Below, piece by piece: positions 24,775-33,201 of a stretch of 64,000 bases of DNA. The translations under genes and the position numbers were made by a program. The notes under the pieces were generated by a model that was given only the letters and a program-made list of their open reading frames with translations, did not search any database and was not told where the DNA came from. Within the stretch, counting starts at the first letter, position 1. Each line of letters starts with the position of its first letter. Origin of the DNA: Acidobacterium sp. (GTDB lineage Bacteria; Acidobacteriota; Vicinamibacteria; Vicinamibacterales; UBA2999); assembly GCA_002737365.1 (NCBI GenBank), contig NSIL01000003.1, positions 19,100 to 83,099 of the forward strand. The letters are read 5' to 3'.

Positions 24775-26607
24775 ATGAACCTTCGCGCGATCGTCCCCGT
24801 TCTCGTCGCTGGCTTGTTGGTCGTCCCGGTGATGGCCGCCGCCCAGGTCCTGCAGGTGATGCCGGTGTTCGAGGCGCGGTGCGCGCAGTGCCACGGCGGC
24901 AATGCCGCCGCGTTGCGAGCGCCCGATCGCACCATGCTCGCGCAACTGACGCCCGAGCACATCCTGGAAGTGCTGACCACCGGTTCGATGGTCGCCAACG
25001 CGAAGGGCATTTCCGACGGACAGAAACGGAGCCTCGCCGAACTAATCTCCGGCCGCCCGATTGGCAGCTCGGCATCTGGCCAGGCGGCGGCCATGACGGG
25101 CCGCTGCGAAGCTAAGCCGGCGTTCAATCCGGCCACCGGTCCGCGCTGGTCGGGATGGGGCGCGGACGTCATGAACACGCGAATGCAAAGCGTCGAGAAC
25201 GCCGGGCTTCGCGCCGATCAGGTTCCCAAGCTGGCGCTGAAGTGGGCGTTCGGCTTTCCAAACGGCACGTCTGCCTACGGACAGCCCGCCGTCGCCGGTG
25301 GCCGCGTGTTCATCGGCTCGGACAACGGTTTTGTGTATTCGCTCGACGCCGCCTCCGGTTGCGTCTACTGGTCGTTCGAGGCAACGGCAGGCGTGCGCAC
25401 GGCGATTACGGTCGGGGCGATCAAGACCGCTTCCGGTAATCGCTTTGCCCTGTATTTCGGCGACCTGAAAGCCAACGTGTTTGCGATCGATGCGGAAACC
25501 GGGGCGCAGATCTGGACCGCGCGAGCGGACCGGCATCCGTTCGCGCGCATCACGGGTGCGCCGACGCTGGCCAACGGCCGCTTGTATGTGCCGGTCTCGT
25601 CGCTCGAGGAAGGCTCTGGAGCCAACGACAACTACGAGTGCTGCACCTTCAGAGGCAGCGTCGCGGCCTACGATGCCACCACCGGCAAGCAAGTCTGGCA
25701 GACCTTCACGGTCGATCCGCCAAAGCCGTCGAAGAAGAACAAGCTCGGCACGCAGCTCTACGAACCCTCCGGCGTCGCCATCTGGTCAGCGCCGACGATC
25801 GATCTGAAACGCAAAGTCCTGTATGTCGCCACCGGCAACGAGTACTCCGGGCCCGGCGGCCCGACCAGCGACGCGGTGATCGCGCTCGATCTCGACAGCG
25901 GCAAGATCGCCTGGACCCGTCAGGTCACGCCGAAGGACGTCTACGTCGTGGGCTGCAACGCGCAACGCGAGAACTGCCCGGACGATGAAGGTCCGGATTT
26001 TGATTTCGGCAACTCGGCCATCCTCCGCGACCTGCCGGGCGGCAAGAGCATCATCGTGATCGGACAGAAGTCCGGCGTGGTGTGGGCGCTCGATCCGGAT
26101 CAGAAGGGCACCATCGTGTGGCAGCAGCGCGTCGGCAAGGGCAGCGCGCTCGGCGGTCTCGAGTGGGGCTCGGCGGCCGACAGCTCGACTGGTTACTTTC
26201 CGGTCTCGGACATGATGCTCGGCCAGGAATTGGCGGGTGGTCTCCATGCCTTGCGTCTCGATACCGGCGCGCCGGTGTGGGAAGCCCGTCCGCCTCGTGC
26301 CGATTGCAAGGATCCACGCAACTGCGTCCAGGCGCAGTCGGCGGCGATTTCGCTGATTTCCGGTGCGGTCTTCTCGGGTACGACCACCGGCATCATGCGC
26401 GCCTACGACACCAAGGACGGCAAGGTCATCTGGACCTACGACGCGTCGCAGCCCTACACCACCGTGAACAGCGTGACCGCAAAAGGCGGTTCGTTCAACG
26501 GCCCCGGCCCGGTGATCGTCGGCGGCATGGTGTTCATGAACTCGGGCTACAACTACCTGGGGTTCGGGACCGGCGGCAACGTGCTGCTGGCGTTCGCGCC
26601 GCAGTAA
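24775..26607 (+). CDS. Quinohemoprotein: N-terminal cytochrome c + PQQ propeller (polyvinyl-alcohol-dehydrogenase-like layout)
   Basis: Signal peptide, CAQCH heme-c motif near residue 36, PQQ-repeat blades (GRVFIGSDNGFVYSLDAASG etc.), vicinal NYECC motif. Confidence 0.8.
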   Translation: MNLRAIVPVLVAGLLVVPVMAAAQVLQVMPVFEARCAQCHGGNAAALRAPDRTMLAQLTPEHILEVLTTGSMVANAKGISDGQKRSLAELISGRPIGSSASGQAAAMTGRCEAKPAFNPATGPRWSGWGADVMNTRMQSVENAGLRADQVPKLALKWAFGFPNGTSAYGQPAVAGGRVFIGSDNGFVYSLDAASGCVYWSFEATAGVRTAITVGAIKTASGNRFALYFGDLKANVFAIDAETGAQIWTARADRHPFARITGAPTLANGRLYVPVSSLEEGSGANDNYECCTFRGSVAAYDATTGKQVWQTFTVDPPKPSKKNKLGTQLYEPSGVAIWSAPTIDLKRKVLYVATGNEYSGPGGPTSDAVIALDLDSGKIAWTRQVTPKDVYVVGCNAQRENCPDDEGPDFDFGNSAILRDLPGGKSIIVIGQKSGVVWALDPDQKGTIVWQQRVGKGSALGGLEWGSAADSSTGYFPVSDMMLGQELAGGLHALRLDTGAPVWEARPPRADCKDPRNCVQAQSAAISLISGAVFSGTTTGIMRAYDTKDGKVIWTYDASQPYTTVNSVTAKGGSFNGPGPVIVGGMVFMNSGYNYLGFGTGGNVLLAFAPQ

Positions 26608-26774
26608 CGTCGCGGGCGGCGGTCCCGAACGGCACGCTCGTTCGCGAGGTGGTGAGTACCTTCAGCGGCGCCGCTTCAGTCTCGCCGTAGAGGAACCGGC
26701 AGAAGGTTCGCGGGTCTGGCGGCACTGTGGCATAGTGCGGGCGACCTCCCAGCCGCGCAAAGGAGCGGCCGTCG

Positions 26775-28871
26775 ATGAATCGAATGACATGGCTATTCGT
26801 GACCGGGTTTGCGTTGGCAACCGCCGTTGGCGTTGTGGGACGGAGCCCTGACCAATCGAGACAGGCGGCCCGACCAGCGCCATCCTCGCGCGCGGGCCTC
26901 TTCACCGAGGCGCAGGCCACCAGGGGAGAGGCGGTCTACGCCCAGTCATGCGCGTCGTGCCACGGCGCCGCACTAACGGGCGGCGCGGCCCCACCGCTGG
27001 TCGGGCCGGCCTTCGAGCGCAGCTGGAGCGGCGGCACGTCGGCGTCGCTGGCGCCGCGGGCCGACGCCCGGACCGACCCACGCGTGACGCTGGACGACTT
27101 GTTTTTCGTCCTGCGCACGACCATGCCACCTAATGCGACCAGCACGGTGTCAGTCCCCGATCGCGCGGCCGTGTTCGCGTTCATCCTGAAGCGCAACGGC
27201 TACACCGCTGGCCAGACGACGCTGACCGCCGACATGCCCCAGCTCGCACAACAGCGTCTCGTGTTCACGGCGACGGGTCCGGAACCGGCCCGACCCGCTC
27301 CGCCAGCCTTCGTGCCCGGAACCGCCGGGGCCGTCCCCGGCACCAGCGGTCCCGATCAAGCGACGCTGAACGCCGCGGCAGAGTCGACCGACTGGCTGTT
27401 CCACAACCACGATTACGCCGGCACCCGCTATTCGCCACTGGACGCGATCACAGTCGAGAACGCTTCGCGCTTGGCGCCGGTATGCGCGTTCCAGATGGGA
27501 GAACGCGACAACTTCCAGACCGGCCCCATCGTCCACCAGGGCACGATGTATGTGACGACGATGACTGCGACTATCGCGCTCGATGCCGCAACCTGTCGCG
27601 TGAAGTGGCGCCACAGCTGGCAGCCCAGGGACGACACCGGCTGGCAGCGCAATCGCGGTGTCGCGATCAAGGATGGCCGGATCGTGCGGGCGACGCCCGA
27701 TGGTTACCTGCTCGGTCTGAGCACCGAGACCGGCGCGTTGCTCTGGGCCCGGCAGGTGTCCAAGCCGAGCGAAGGCGAGACGATCACGATGGCACCGATG
27801 ATCTTCGAGGATCTGGTGCTGATCGGACCCGCCGGCAGCGAGAACAACGTGCAGGGATGGGTCGGCGCCTTTCGCGTGACCGACGGCAGCCCGGTGTGGC
27901 GCTTCAACACCGTGCCGAAGCCGGGTGAGCCCGGCTACGACAGTTGGAAGAACCCGCCCAGGATTCCAGTGGGCGGCGGCGCGGTGTGGACGTCGTTCTC
28001 ACTCGATGTGGTCACCGGCGACCTGCACATTGCCGTGACGAACCCGGCGCCGGACCTGCCCATTCACATCCGGCAGGGTGACAACCTCTACACCAACTCG
28101 ATCGTCGTGCTCGACGTGCGCACCGGCAAGCTCCGTTGGCATCGGCAGCTGATCAAGAACGACTCGCACGATTGGGACCTCACGCACGCTTCGCCGCTCT
28201 TCACCACGACGCTCGGCGGCGCCGTGCGCAGGCTGGTGACGACGGTCGGCAAAGACGGCATGCTGCGCGCGATCGATCGCGACTCGAAGAACATCGTCTA
28301 TGAAACCGCCGTCACCACGCGCAAGAATGCCGAGATCCCTGTCGGCCTCACGCCGCTGCACGCGTGTCCGGGCCTCCTCGGCGGTGTCGAGTGGAACGGT
28401 CCCGCCTTCAACCCCGGCACCAACCTGCTCTACGTGCCCGCGGTCGACTGGTGCGCGACGTTTGTCGCGTTCGAACAGGTCCGCCACATCCCCGGCAAGC
28501 TCTACATGGGCGGCGACGTGAACCAGGATCCAGTAGCGACGGCGCACGGGTGGGTGACGGCGGTCGATGCCACCACCGGTGCCGTGCGGTGGAAGTTCCA
28601 CTCGCCGCGGCCCATGGTCGCAGCCGTGACGACGACGGCTGGCCGGGTGGTCTTTGCCGGGGAGTTGACGGGCGACTTCGTGACGCTGGATGCGCAAACG
28701 GGGGACGTGCTCTATCGCTTCAATACCGGCGGACCCATGGGCGGCGGCATTGCCACTTATGCGACCGGCGGCAGGCAGTACGTGGCGGCGGCGTCAGGAA
28801 GCCCGTCGAGTTTCTGGGTCGACCAGAACCCGGGGTCGCCGACCATCTTCGTGTTCGCCCTGCCGCGATGA
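26775..28871 (+). CDS. Quinohemoprotein: N-terminal cytochrome c + PQQ-dependent dehydrogenase
   Basis: Signal peptide, CASCH, then HNHDYAGTRYSPLDAITVENASRL quinoprotein signature and the NDSHDWDL active-site region. AAGGAG RBS. Confidence 0.8.
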   Translation: MNRMTWLFVTGFALATAVGVVGRSPDQSRQAARPAPSSRAGLFTEAQATRGEAVYAQSCASCHGAALTGGAAPPLVGPAFERSWSGGTSASLAPRADARTDPRVTLDDLFFVLRTTMPPNATSTVSVPDRAAVFAFILKRNGYTAGQTTLTADMPQLAQQRLVFTATGPEPARPAPPAFVPGTAGAVPGTSGPDQATLNAAAESTDWLFHNHDYAGTRYSPLDAITVENASRLAPVCAFQMGERDNFQTGPIVHQGTMYVTTMTATIALDAATCRVKWRHSWQPRDDTGWQRNRGVAIKDGRIVRATPDGYLLGLSTETGALLWARQVSKPSEGETITMAPMIFEDLVLIGPAGSENNVQGWVGAFRVTDGSPVWRFNTVPKPGEPGYDSWKNPPRIPVGGGAVWTSFSLDVVTGDLHIAVTNPAPDLPIHIRQGDNLYTNSIVVLDVRTGKLRWHRQLIKNDSHDWDLTHASPLFTTTLGGAVRRLVTTVGKDGMLRAIDRDSKNIVYETAVTTRKNAEIPVGLTPLHACPGLLGGVEWNGPAFNPGTNLLYVPAVDWCATFVAFEQVRHIPGKLYMGGDVNQDPVATAHGWVTAVDATTGAVRWKFHSPRPMVAAVTTTAGRVVFAGELTGDFVTLDAQTGDVLYRFNTGGPMGGGIATYATGGRQYVAAASGSPSSFWVDQNPGSPTIFVFALPR

Positions 28872-28880
28872 CGCACCGCG

Positions 28881-30263
28881 ATGCCGGACTCATTTGACCT
28901 GCTGATTACGGGTGCCCAGGTGGTGACCGGTGCCACCATCGGTCCCGCCACCCTCGCGGTAGCAGGCGGCAGAATTGCCGCGATCCTGGATCCCGCTGCG
29001 CGGCCGCCGGCCGCCGAGGTGATCGATGCCAGCGGTCTGCACCTGCTGCCCGGCCTGATCGACACGCACGTGCACACGCGCCATCCCGGCATCGTCGAGC
29101 GCGAGGACTTCCGGTCGGGCACCGCCGCGGCCGCCGCCGGCGGCATCACGACGCTCTTCGAGATGCCGATCGCCAAGGTGCCGGCCAATAGCGCCAGCGG
29201 CGTGCAGCGCCGCGTGGCGGCCATGACGCCAGAAGCGCACATCGACTTCGCCCTCTACGGCGGCGCTGGTCACGAGAACCTGCACGACATCGCCGGTCAG
29301 GCCGCCGCGGGTGTGGTGGCGTTCAAGACTTTTCTGCAGCCGCCTCCACCGACGCGCCTCGATGAGTTTTTCGGCCTGTGGTGCACCGACCACGCGGCGC
29401 TACGGGGCGTGATGGCGGCGGTCGCGGCCACCGGCCTGCGGCACTGCTTCCACTGCGAAGACACGCCGATGTTCCAGGCCTTGCAGGCTCAACTCGACGC
29501 CGCCGGACGACGCCGCGGCCGGGCCCATGCCGAGAGCCGCCCACTGATCGTGGAAGACGTGTCGGTCGCGTTGGTGCTGACGCTGGCTGCCGAGAGCGGC
29601 GGCCCGGTGGGCGTGGTGCACTGCTCGAGCGCGCGATCGGCGCAGCTGGTGGCCGACGCGCGGGCGCGCGGCATTGACGCGACGGTCGAGACCTGCCCGC
29701 CGTACCTGTTCTTCACGGACGAGGCGCTCGACCGCCTTGGCCCGTTTGCCAAGTGCAACCCGCCGCTGCGTTCGGCCGAGGGCGTGCAAGCGCTCTGGCG
29801 TGCGCTCGATGCCGGCCTCATTGACTACCTCGGCACCGACCACTCGCCGTTTCTCGCCCACGAGAAGGCCGCGGCCACCGACGACATCTTCAAGGCGCCG
29901 CCGGGTCTATGCGGCCTCGAGGTGATGGCGCCGCTGATGCTCACGGCCGTGGCCGACGGCCGGCTCACGTTGACGCGCATGGTGGAACTGTGCGCCACGC
30001 GCGCCGCTGATCTATTTCGATTGACCGGCAAGGGACGCGTGGCCGAGGGCGCCGACGCCGACCTCACGCTGGTGGATCTGGGCGCGGATTGGGTCTACGA
30101 CCGGCGAGACGCCATCACCAAGTCGCGCGACAACATGGCCATTTACGACGGCGTGCGCATGCGCGGGCGCGTGGTCTCCACCTTCGTGCGCGGCGTGCGC
30201 GTCTTCCACGAGGGCGCCATCACCGGTCCCGCCGGGCACGGCCGCTTCGTGAGACCCGCGTGA
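28881..30263 (+). CDS. Cyclic amidohydrolase (allantoinase/dihydroorotase/hydantoinase branch)
   Basis: PGLIDTHVHTRHPG (HxH), VVAFKTFL (carbamylated Lys region), HCED, GTDHSP. Starts 9 bp after the preceding stop. Confidence 0.85.
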   Translation: MPDSFDLLITGAQVVTGATIGPATLAVAGGRIAAILDPAARPPAAEVIDASGLHLLPGLIDTHVHTRHPGIVEREDFRSGTAAAAAGGITTLFEMPIAKVPANSASGVQRRVAAMTPEAHIDFALYGGAGHENLHDIAGQAAAGVVAFKTFLQPPPPTRLDEFFGLWCTDHAALRGVMAAVAATGLRHCFHCEDTPMFQALQAQLDAAGRRRGRAHAESRPLIVEDVSVALVLTLAAESGGPVGVVHCSSARSAQLVADARARGIDATVETCPPYLFFTDEALDRLGPFAKCNPPLRSAEGVQALWRALDAGLIDYLGTDHSPFLAHEKAAATDDIFKAPPGLCGLEVMAPLMLTAVADGRLTLTRMVELCATRAADLFRLTGKGRVAEGADADLTLVDLGADWVYDRRDAITKSRDNMAIYDGVRMRGRVVSTFVRGVRVFHEGAITGPAGHGRFVRPA

Positions 30264-30940
30264 CCCCCATTCTCGGCATCGTCACCATCGGGCAGACGCC
30301 GCGCCCTGACCTGGCCGAGGCGTTTGGCGCCGAGGCGCCGCACGCGCAGGTGCGCGTCGCGGGTGCGCTCGACGGCATGCTCGCTGAAGACCTGGCCGCC
30401 CTTCAGGACCTCAAGACGTCAGGTCCTCGCGACCTCGAGTATCCGCTGCTCGTGCGCCTCGCCTCTGGCGCGCACATCGAGGTGCCGCTGGACCGCCTGG
30501 TGCCGCTCGTCACGTCAGCAGCGCGCAAGTTGGCCGCCGATGGCGCCTCGGTGATCGTGGTGGCGTGCGCGGGCGCCTTTCCAGATGTGCCATGTCCGGT
30601 TCCCGTGCTGCTCCCCGGCCGCATCGTACCCGCCGTCGCCGGCGCGCTCAGCCGCACCCGGCGCGTCGGCATCGTCACGCCCAACCGCGCGCAGGTGCCC
30701 TACGCCGAACGCAAGTGGCGGGTGGATGGCTTCGAACCGACAGTCACCTGGGCGTCACCGTCGCGAGACGACGAGATGGCGCGCGCGGCCGACGAGCTGC
30801 GCGGCGCCGACCTCGACCTGATCGTGATCGATTGCATGGGGCATGCCGACGATGCGCGGCGGGCGATGGCCCAGTGGACCGGCAAGCTCGTCATTGCGGC
30901 GCAGTCGGTCGTGGCGAGAGTGGCCGGGGCGATCGTGTGA
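30260..30940 (+). CDS. AroM-family protein (Asp/Glu/hydantoin-racemase-like fold)
   Basis: Track ORF 30089..30940 trimmed to the in-frame GTG 30260, which overlaps the upstream TGA (GTGA). VTPILGIVTIGQTPRPDL N-terminus, as I recall for AroM-family proteins; about 226 aa. Confidence 0.6.
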   Translation: MTPILGIVTIGQTPRPDLAEAFGAEAPHAQVRVAGALDGMLAEDLAALQDLKTSGPRDLEYPLLVRLASGAHIEVPLDRLVPLVTSAARKLAADGASVIVVACAGAFPDVPCPVPVLLPGRIVPAVAGALSRTRRVGIVTPNRAQVPYAERKWRVDGFEPTVTWASPSRDDEMARAADELRGADLDLIVIDCMGHADDARRAMAQWTGKLVIAAQSVVARVAGAIV

Positions 30941-30980
30941 CGGCGCATCAGCCTGGCGTCGAGTCTGCGGCTGTTGAGAT

Positions 30981-32723
30981 CTACGGCGCTTCGTGCGCGA
31001 TGCGGCCGCCGACCATCGTCAACCGGATCGTGCCCTTCAAGAGTGACTCTGCCTTGGTTGATCCCACGACGAGCGGATCGAGGTCCATCACCGTGATGTC
31101 GGCGGCGCGGCCCGGGGACAGCGTGCCGCGGTCGCCTTCGGCAAACGCGGCATACGCGGCCCACGTCGAGTAGCCGCGGACGGCCTCCTCGGCCGTCATG
31201 CGCTGCGCGGGATACCAGCCGCCCTCGGGCTGCAGCGTCTTGTCGCGGCGCGTCACCGCCGCGTGCAGGCCGTAGAAGATCGTGTGGTCCGAGCCGGTGA
31301 GATCCGAGCCGAAGGCGAGGCGGACGCCGTTCTGCCGGAACGTGCGCCACGCATAGGCGCCCTTGACGCGCTCGGGCCCAAGACGGGTCTCGGCCCACGG
31401 CTTGTCTTCGACGGCGTGCGGTGGTTCGACCGAGGCAATCACGCCGAGCGAGGCGTAGCGCGCGAAGTCATCCGGGTGAACCACCTGCGCGTGTTCGATG
31501 CGGTTGCGATTGTTGCGCACGGTCTGGTTGCGGTCTTGCACCGACTGGATGAAGTCGAGCGTCTCGCGGTTGCCGGCGTCGCCGATGGCGTGGATGCCCA
31601 CCTGGAAGCCCGCCGTCATCATCTCGGCCACCAGGGCCTGGTCGAACCCGTAGTTGCCACCGCTGACGCCGCGGTGGCCCTTCTGATCGGCGTAGTCGTC
31701 GATCAGGCGCGCGCCGCGCGAACCAAGCGAGCCGTCGTAGTACGCCTTCACCGACCGCACCGTCAGCATGGCGGCTGGATCGAGGCGAGGGCCTTTCTGC
31801 AGCCAGGCACGGCTGAGCGCCGTATCGCGCGCCGAGAGCATGGCGTAGACGCGCACGGGCAGTTCGCTCGAGGCGTCGAGTGACTCGAACGCCGTCATCA
31901 GTTCCGCGTCGGCGCCGGCCTCGTGCACGCCAGTGAACCCGTCGCGGGCCATGCGCTTCAGTCCGGCCAGCACCCACGCTCGGGCCTGGTCCGGCGTCGG
32001 CGGCGGCACCGCGCCCTCGAGCAACGTCACGGCGCGATTCAGCAGCGTGCCGGCCGGCTCGCCCTTCGCATCCTTCAGAATCTCGCCGCCCACCGGTGGC
32101 TTGGTGGCGCGCGTGATGCCGGCCTTTGCGAATGCCAGCTTGTTACCCCACACGGCGAACCCGTGCAGGCTGTCGAGCACCACCGGGTGGTCGGGCACCT
32201 GCTCGCTCAGCAGGCGCATGGTCGGATAGCGGCCGGCCCACGCGCCCTCATCCCAGCCGCGTCCCACCACCCACTCGCCCGTGGGCACCTTGGCCGCGTA
32301 GGCCACCGTGCGAGCGACGGCCTCCTCTTCGGTGGCCACGCCGGTCAGGTCCAGTTGCGTCTCGGCCTGGCCGAGCTCCCGGATGTGCACGTGCGAATCC
32401 ACCAGTCCCGGCAGCGCCGTGGCGCCCTTCAGGTCGACCACGCGCGTCGCGGGACCACGGTAGGCCTCGGCCTGCTGCGACGTGCCGGCAAAGACAATGC
32501 GGCCGGCGCGGATGGCGATGGCTTCGGCATCGGGCCGCCAGCCCTCGGCGGTGTGTGGGGCGTTGGCCGCCGGCGTGCCATCGGCGGCGGGGTCGTCCCA
32601 GGTAAATGTGTAGACGCGCCCGTTGGTCAGCAGCGTGTCGGCGGGCTCTACGGCGGGTGTGCTGGTGCACGCGGCGGAGAGCACAAGCGCGCACAGCGCG
32701 CCGGTGGCAAGGCGGGTCGTCAT
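30981..32723 (-). CDS. Amidohydrolase-3 (YtcJ-like) metal-dependent hydrolase, lipoprotein
   Basis: Lipobox LSAAC. PGLVDSHVH, GIHAIGD, NRIEHAQ, AFGSD. Confidence 0.85.
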   Translation of the reverse strand: MTTRLATGALCALVLSAACTSTPAVEPADTLLTNGRVYTFTWDDPAADGTPAANAPHTAEGWRPDAEAIAIRAGRIVFAGTSQQAEAYRGPATRVVDLKGATALPGLVDSHVHIRELGQAETQLDLTGVATEEEAVARTVAYAAKVPTGEWVVGRGWDEGAWAGRYPTMRLLSEQVPDHPVVLDSLHGFAVWGNKLAFAKAGITRATKPPVGGEILKDAKGEPAGTLLNRAVTLLEGAVPPPTPDQARAWVLAGLKRMARDGFTGVHEAGADAELMTAFESLDASSELPVRVYAMLSARDTALSRAWLQKGPRLDPAAMLTVRSVKAYYDGSLGSRGARLIDDYADQKGHRGVSGGNYGFDQALVAEMMTAGFQVGIHAIGDAGNRETLDFIQSVQDRNQTVRNNRNRIEHAQVVHPDDFARYASLGVIASVEPPHAVEDKPWAETRLGPERVKGAYAWRTFRQNGVRLAFGSDLTGSDHTIFYGLHAAVTRRDKTLQPEGGWYPAQRMTAEEAVRGYSTWAAYAAFAEGDRGTLSPGRAADITVMDLDPLVVGSTKAESLLKGTIRLTMVGGRIAHEAP

Positions 32724-32814
32724 GCTGCACAGGATATCGCACCCGATCGGCGGCCCAGATAGGGCGATGCCCGATCACGGCCACCACGTTGCGAGGCGCT
32801 ATGCTGGAATCAGC

Positions 32815-33114
32815 ATGGCGATTGACGCAGGGCAGCACGTACGGCATCGGTCGCGGCTTGACTGGGGTATTGGCAAGGTCGAGGGCAGTAACGGCGAGAG
32901 CGTGTTCGTCCGCTTCGGCGACCAGCTCAAGACCATCAAGATCTCGTTCGCGGAACAGTTCCTGGAAGCGGTGACGGCCGGGGAGCTGGCGGCCGGCCGG
33001 CCGAAGGAGCGAGCCGGCCCGGCGGTTGGCCGCATCGCGCAGTGCCCGGAGTGTGGCAAGGACCTGACGCGAGGCGCCGACGGCGAGTGGCGGCCGTGTC
33101 CGCACTGCCCGTAG
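32815..33114 (+). CDS. Small protein: N-terminal DUF3553-like beta domain + C-terminal CPxC..CPxC zinc ribbon
   Basis: Track ORF 32623..33114 trimmed to ATG 32815. GQHVRHRSRLDWGIGKV..VFVRFGD, then CPECGKDL...CPHCP. High-GC third positions are consistent with coding. Confidence 0.45.
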   Translation: MAIDAGQHVRHRSRLDWGIGKVEGSNGESVFVRFGDQLKTIKISFAEQFLEAVTAGELAAGRPKERAGPAVGRIAQCPECGKDLTRGADGEWRPCPHCP

Positions 33115-33201
33115 TGGCAGGACCGGTGAGAATCGGCGTAACATCTGCGGCTGTGAATCTCCGGCGCCACCATATCGCCTCAACCCCTTGCGGTAAACAT
33201 C

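Noticed and set aside
24775-26607. Polyvinyl-alcohol degradation operon
   Set aside because: Only the domain order resembles PVA dehydrogenase. No oxidised-PVA hydrolase or dedicated cytochrome gene is adjacent, so only the structural similarity is reported.
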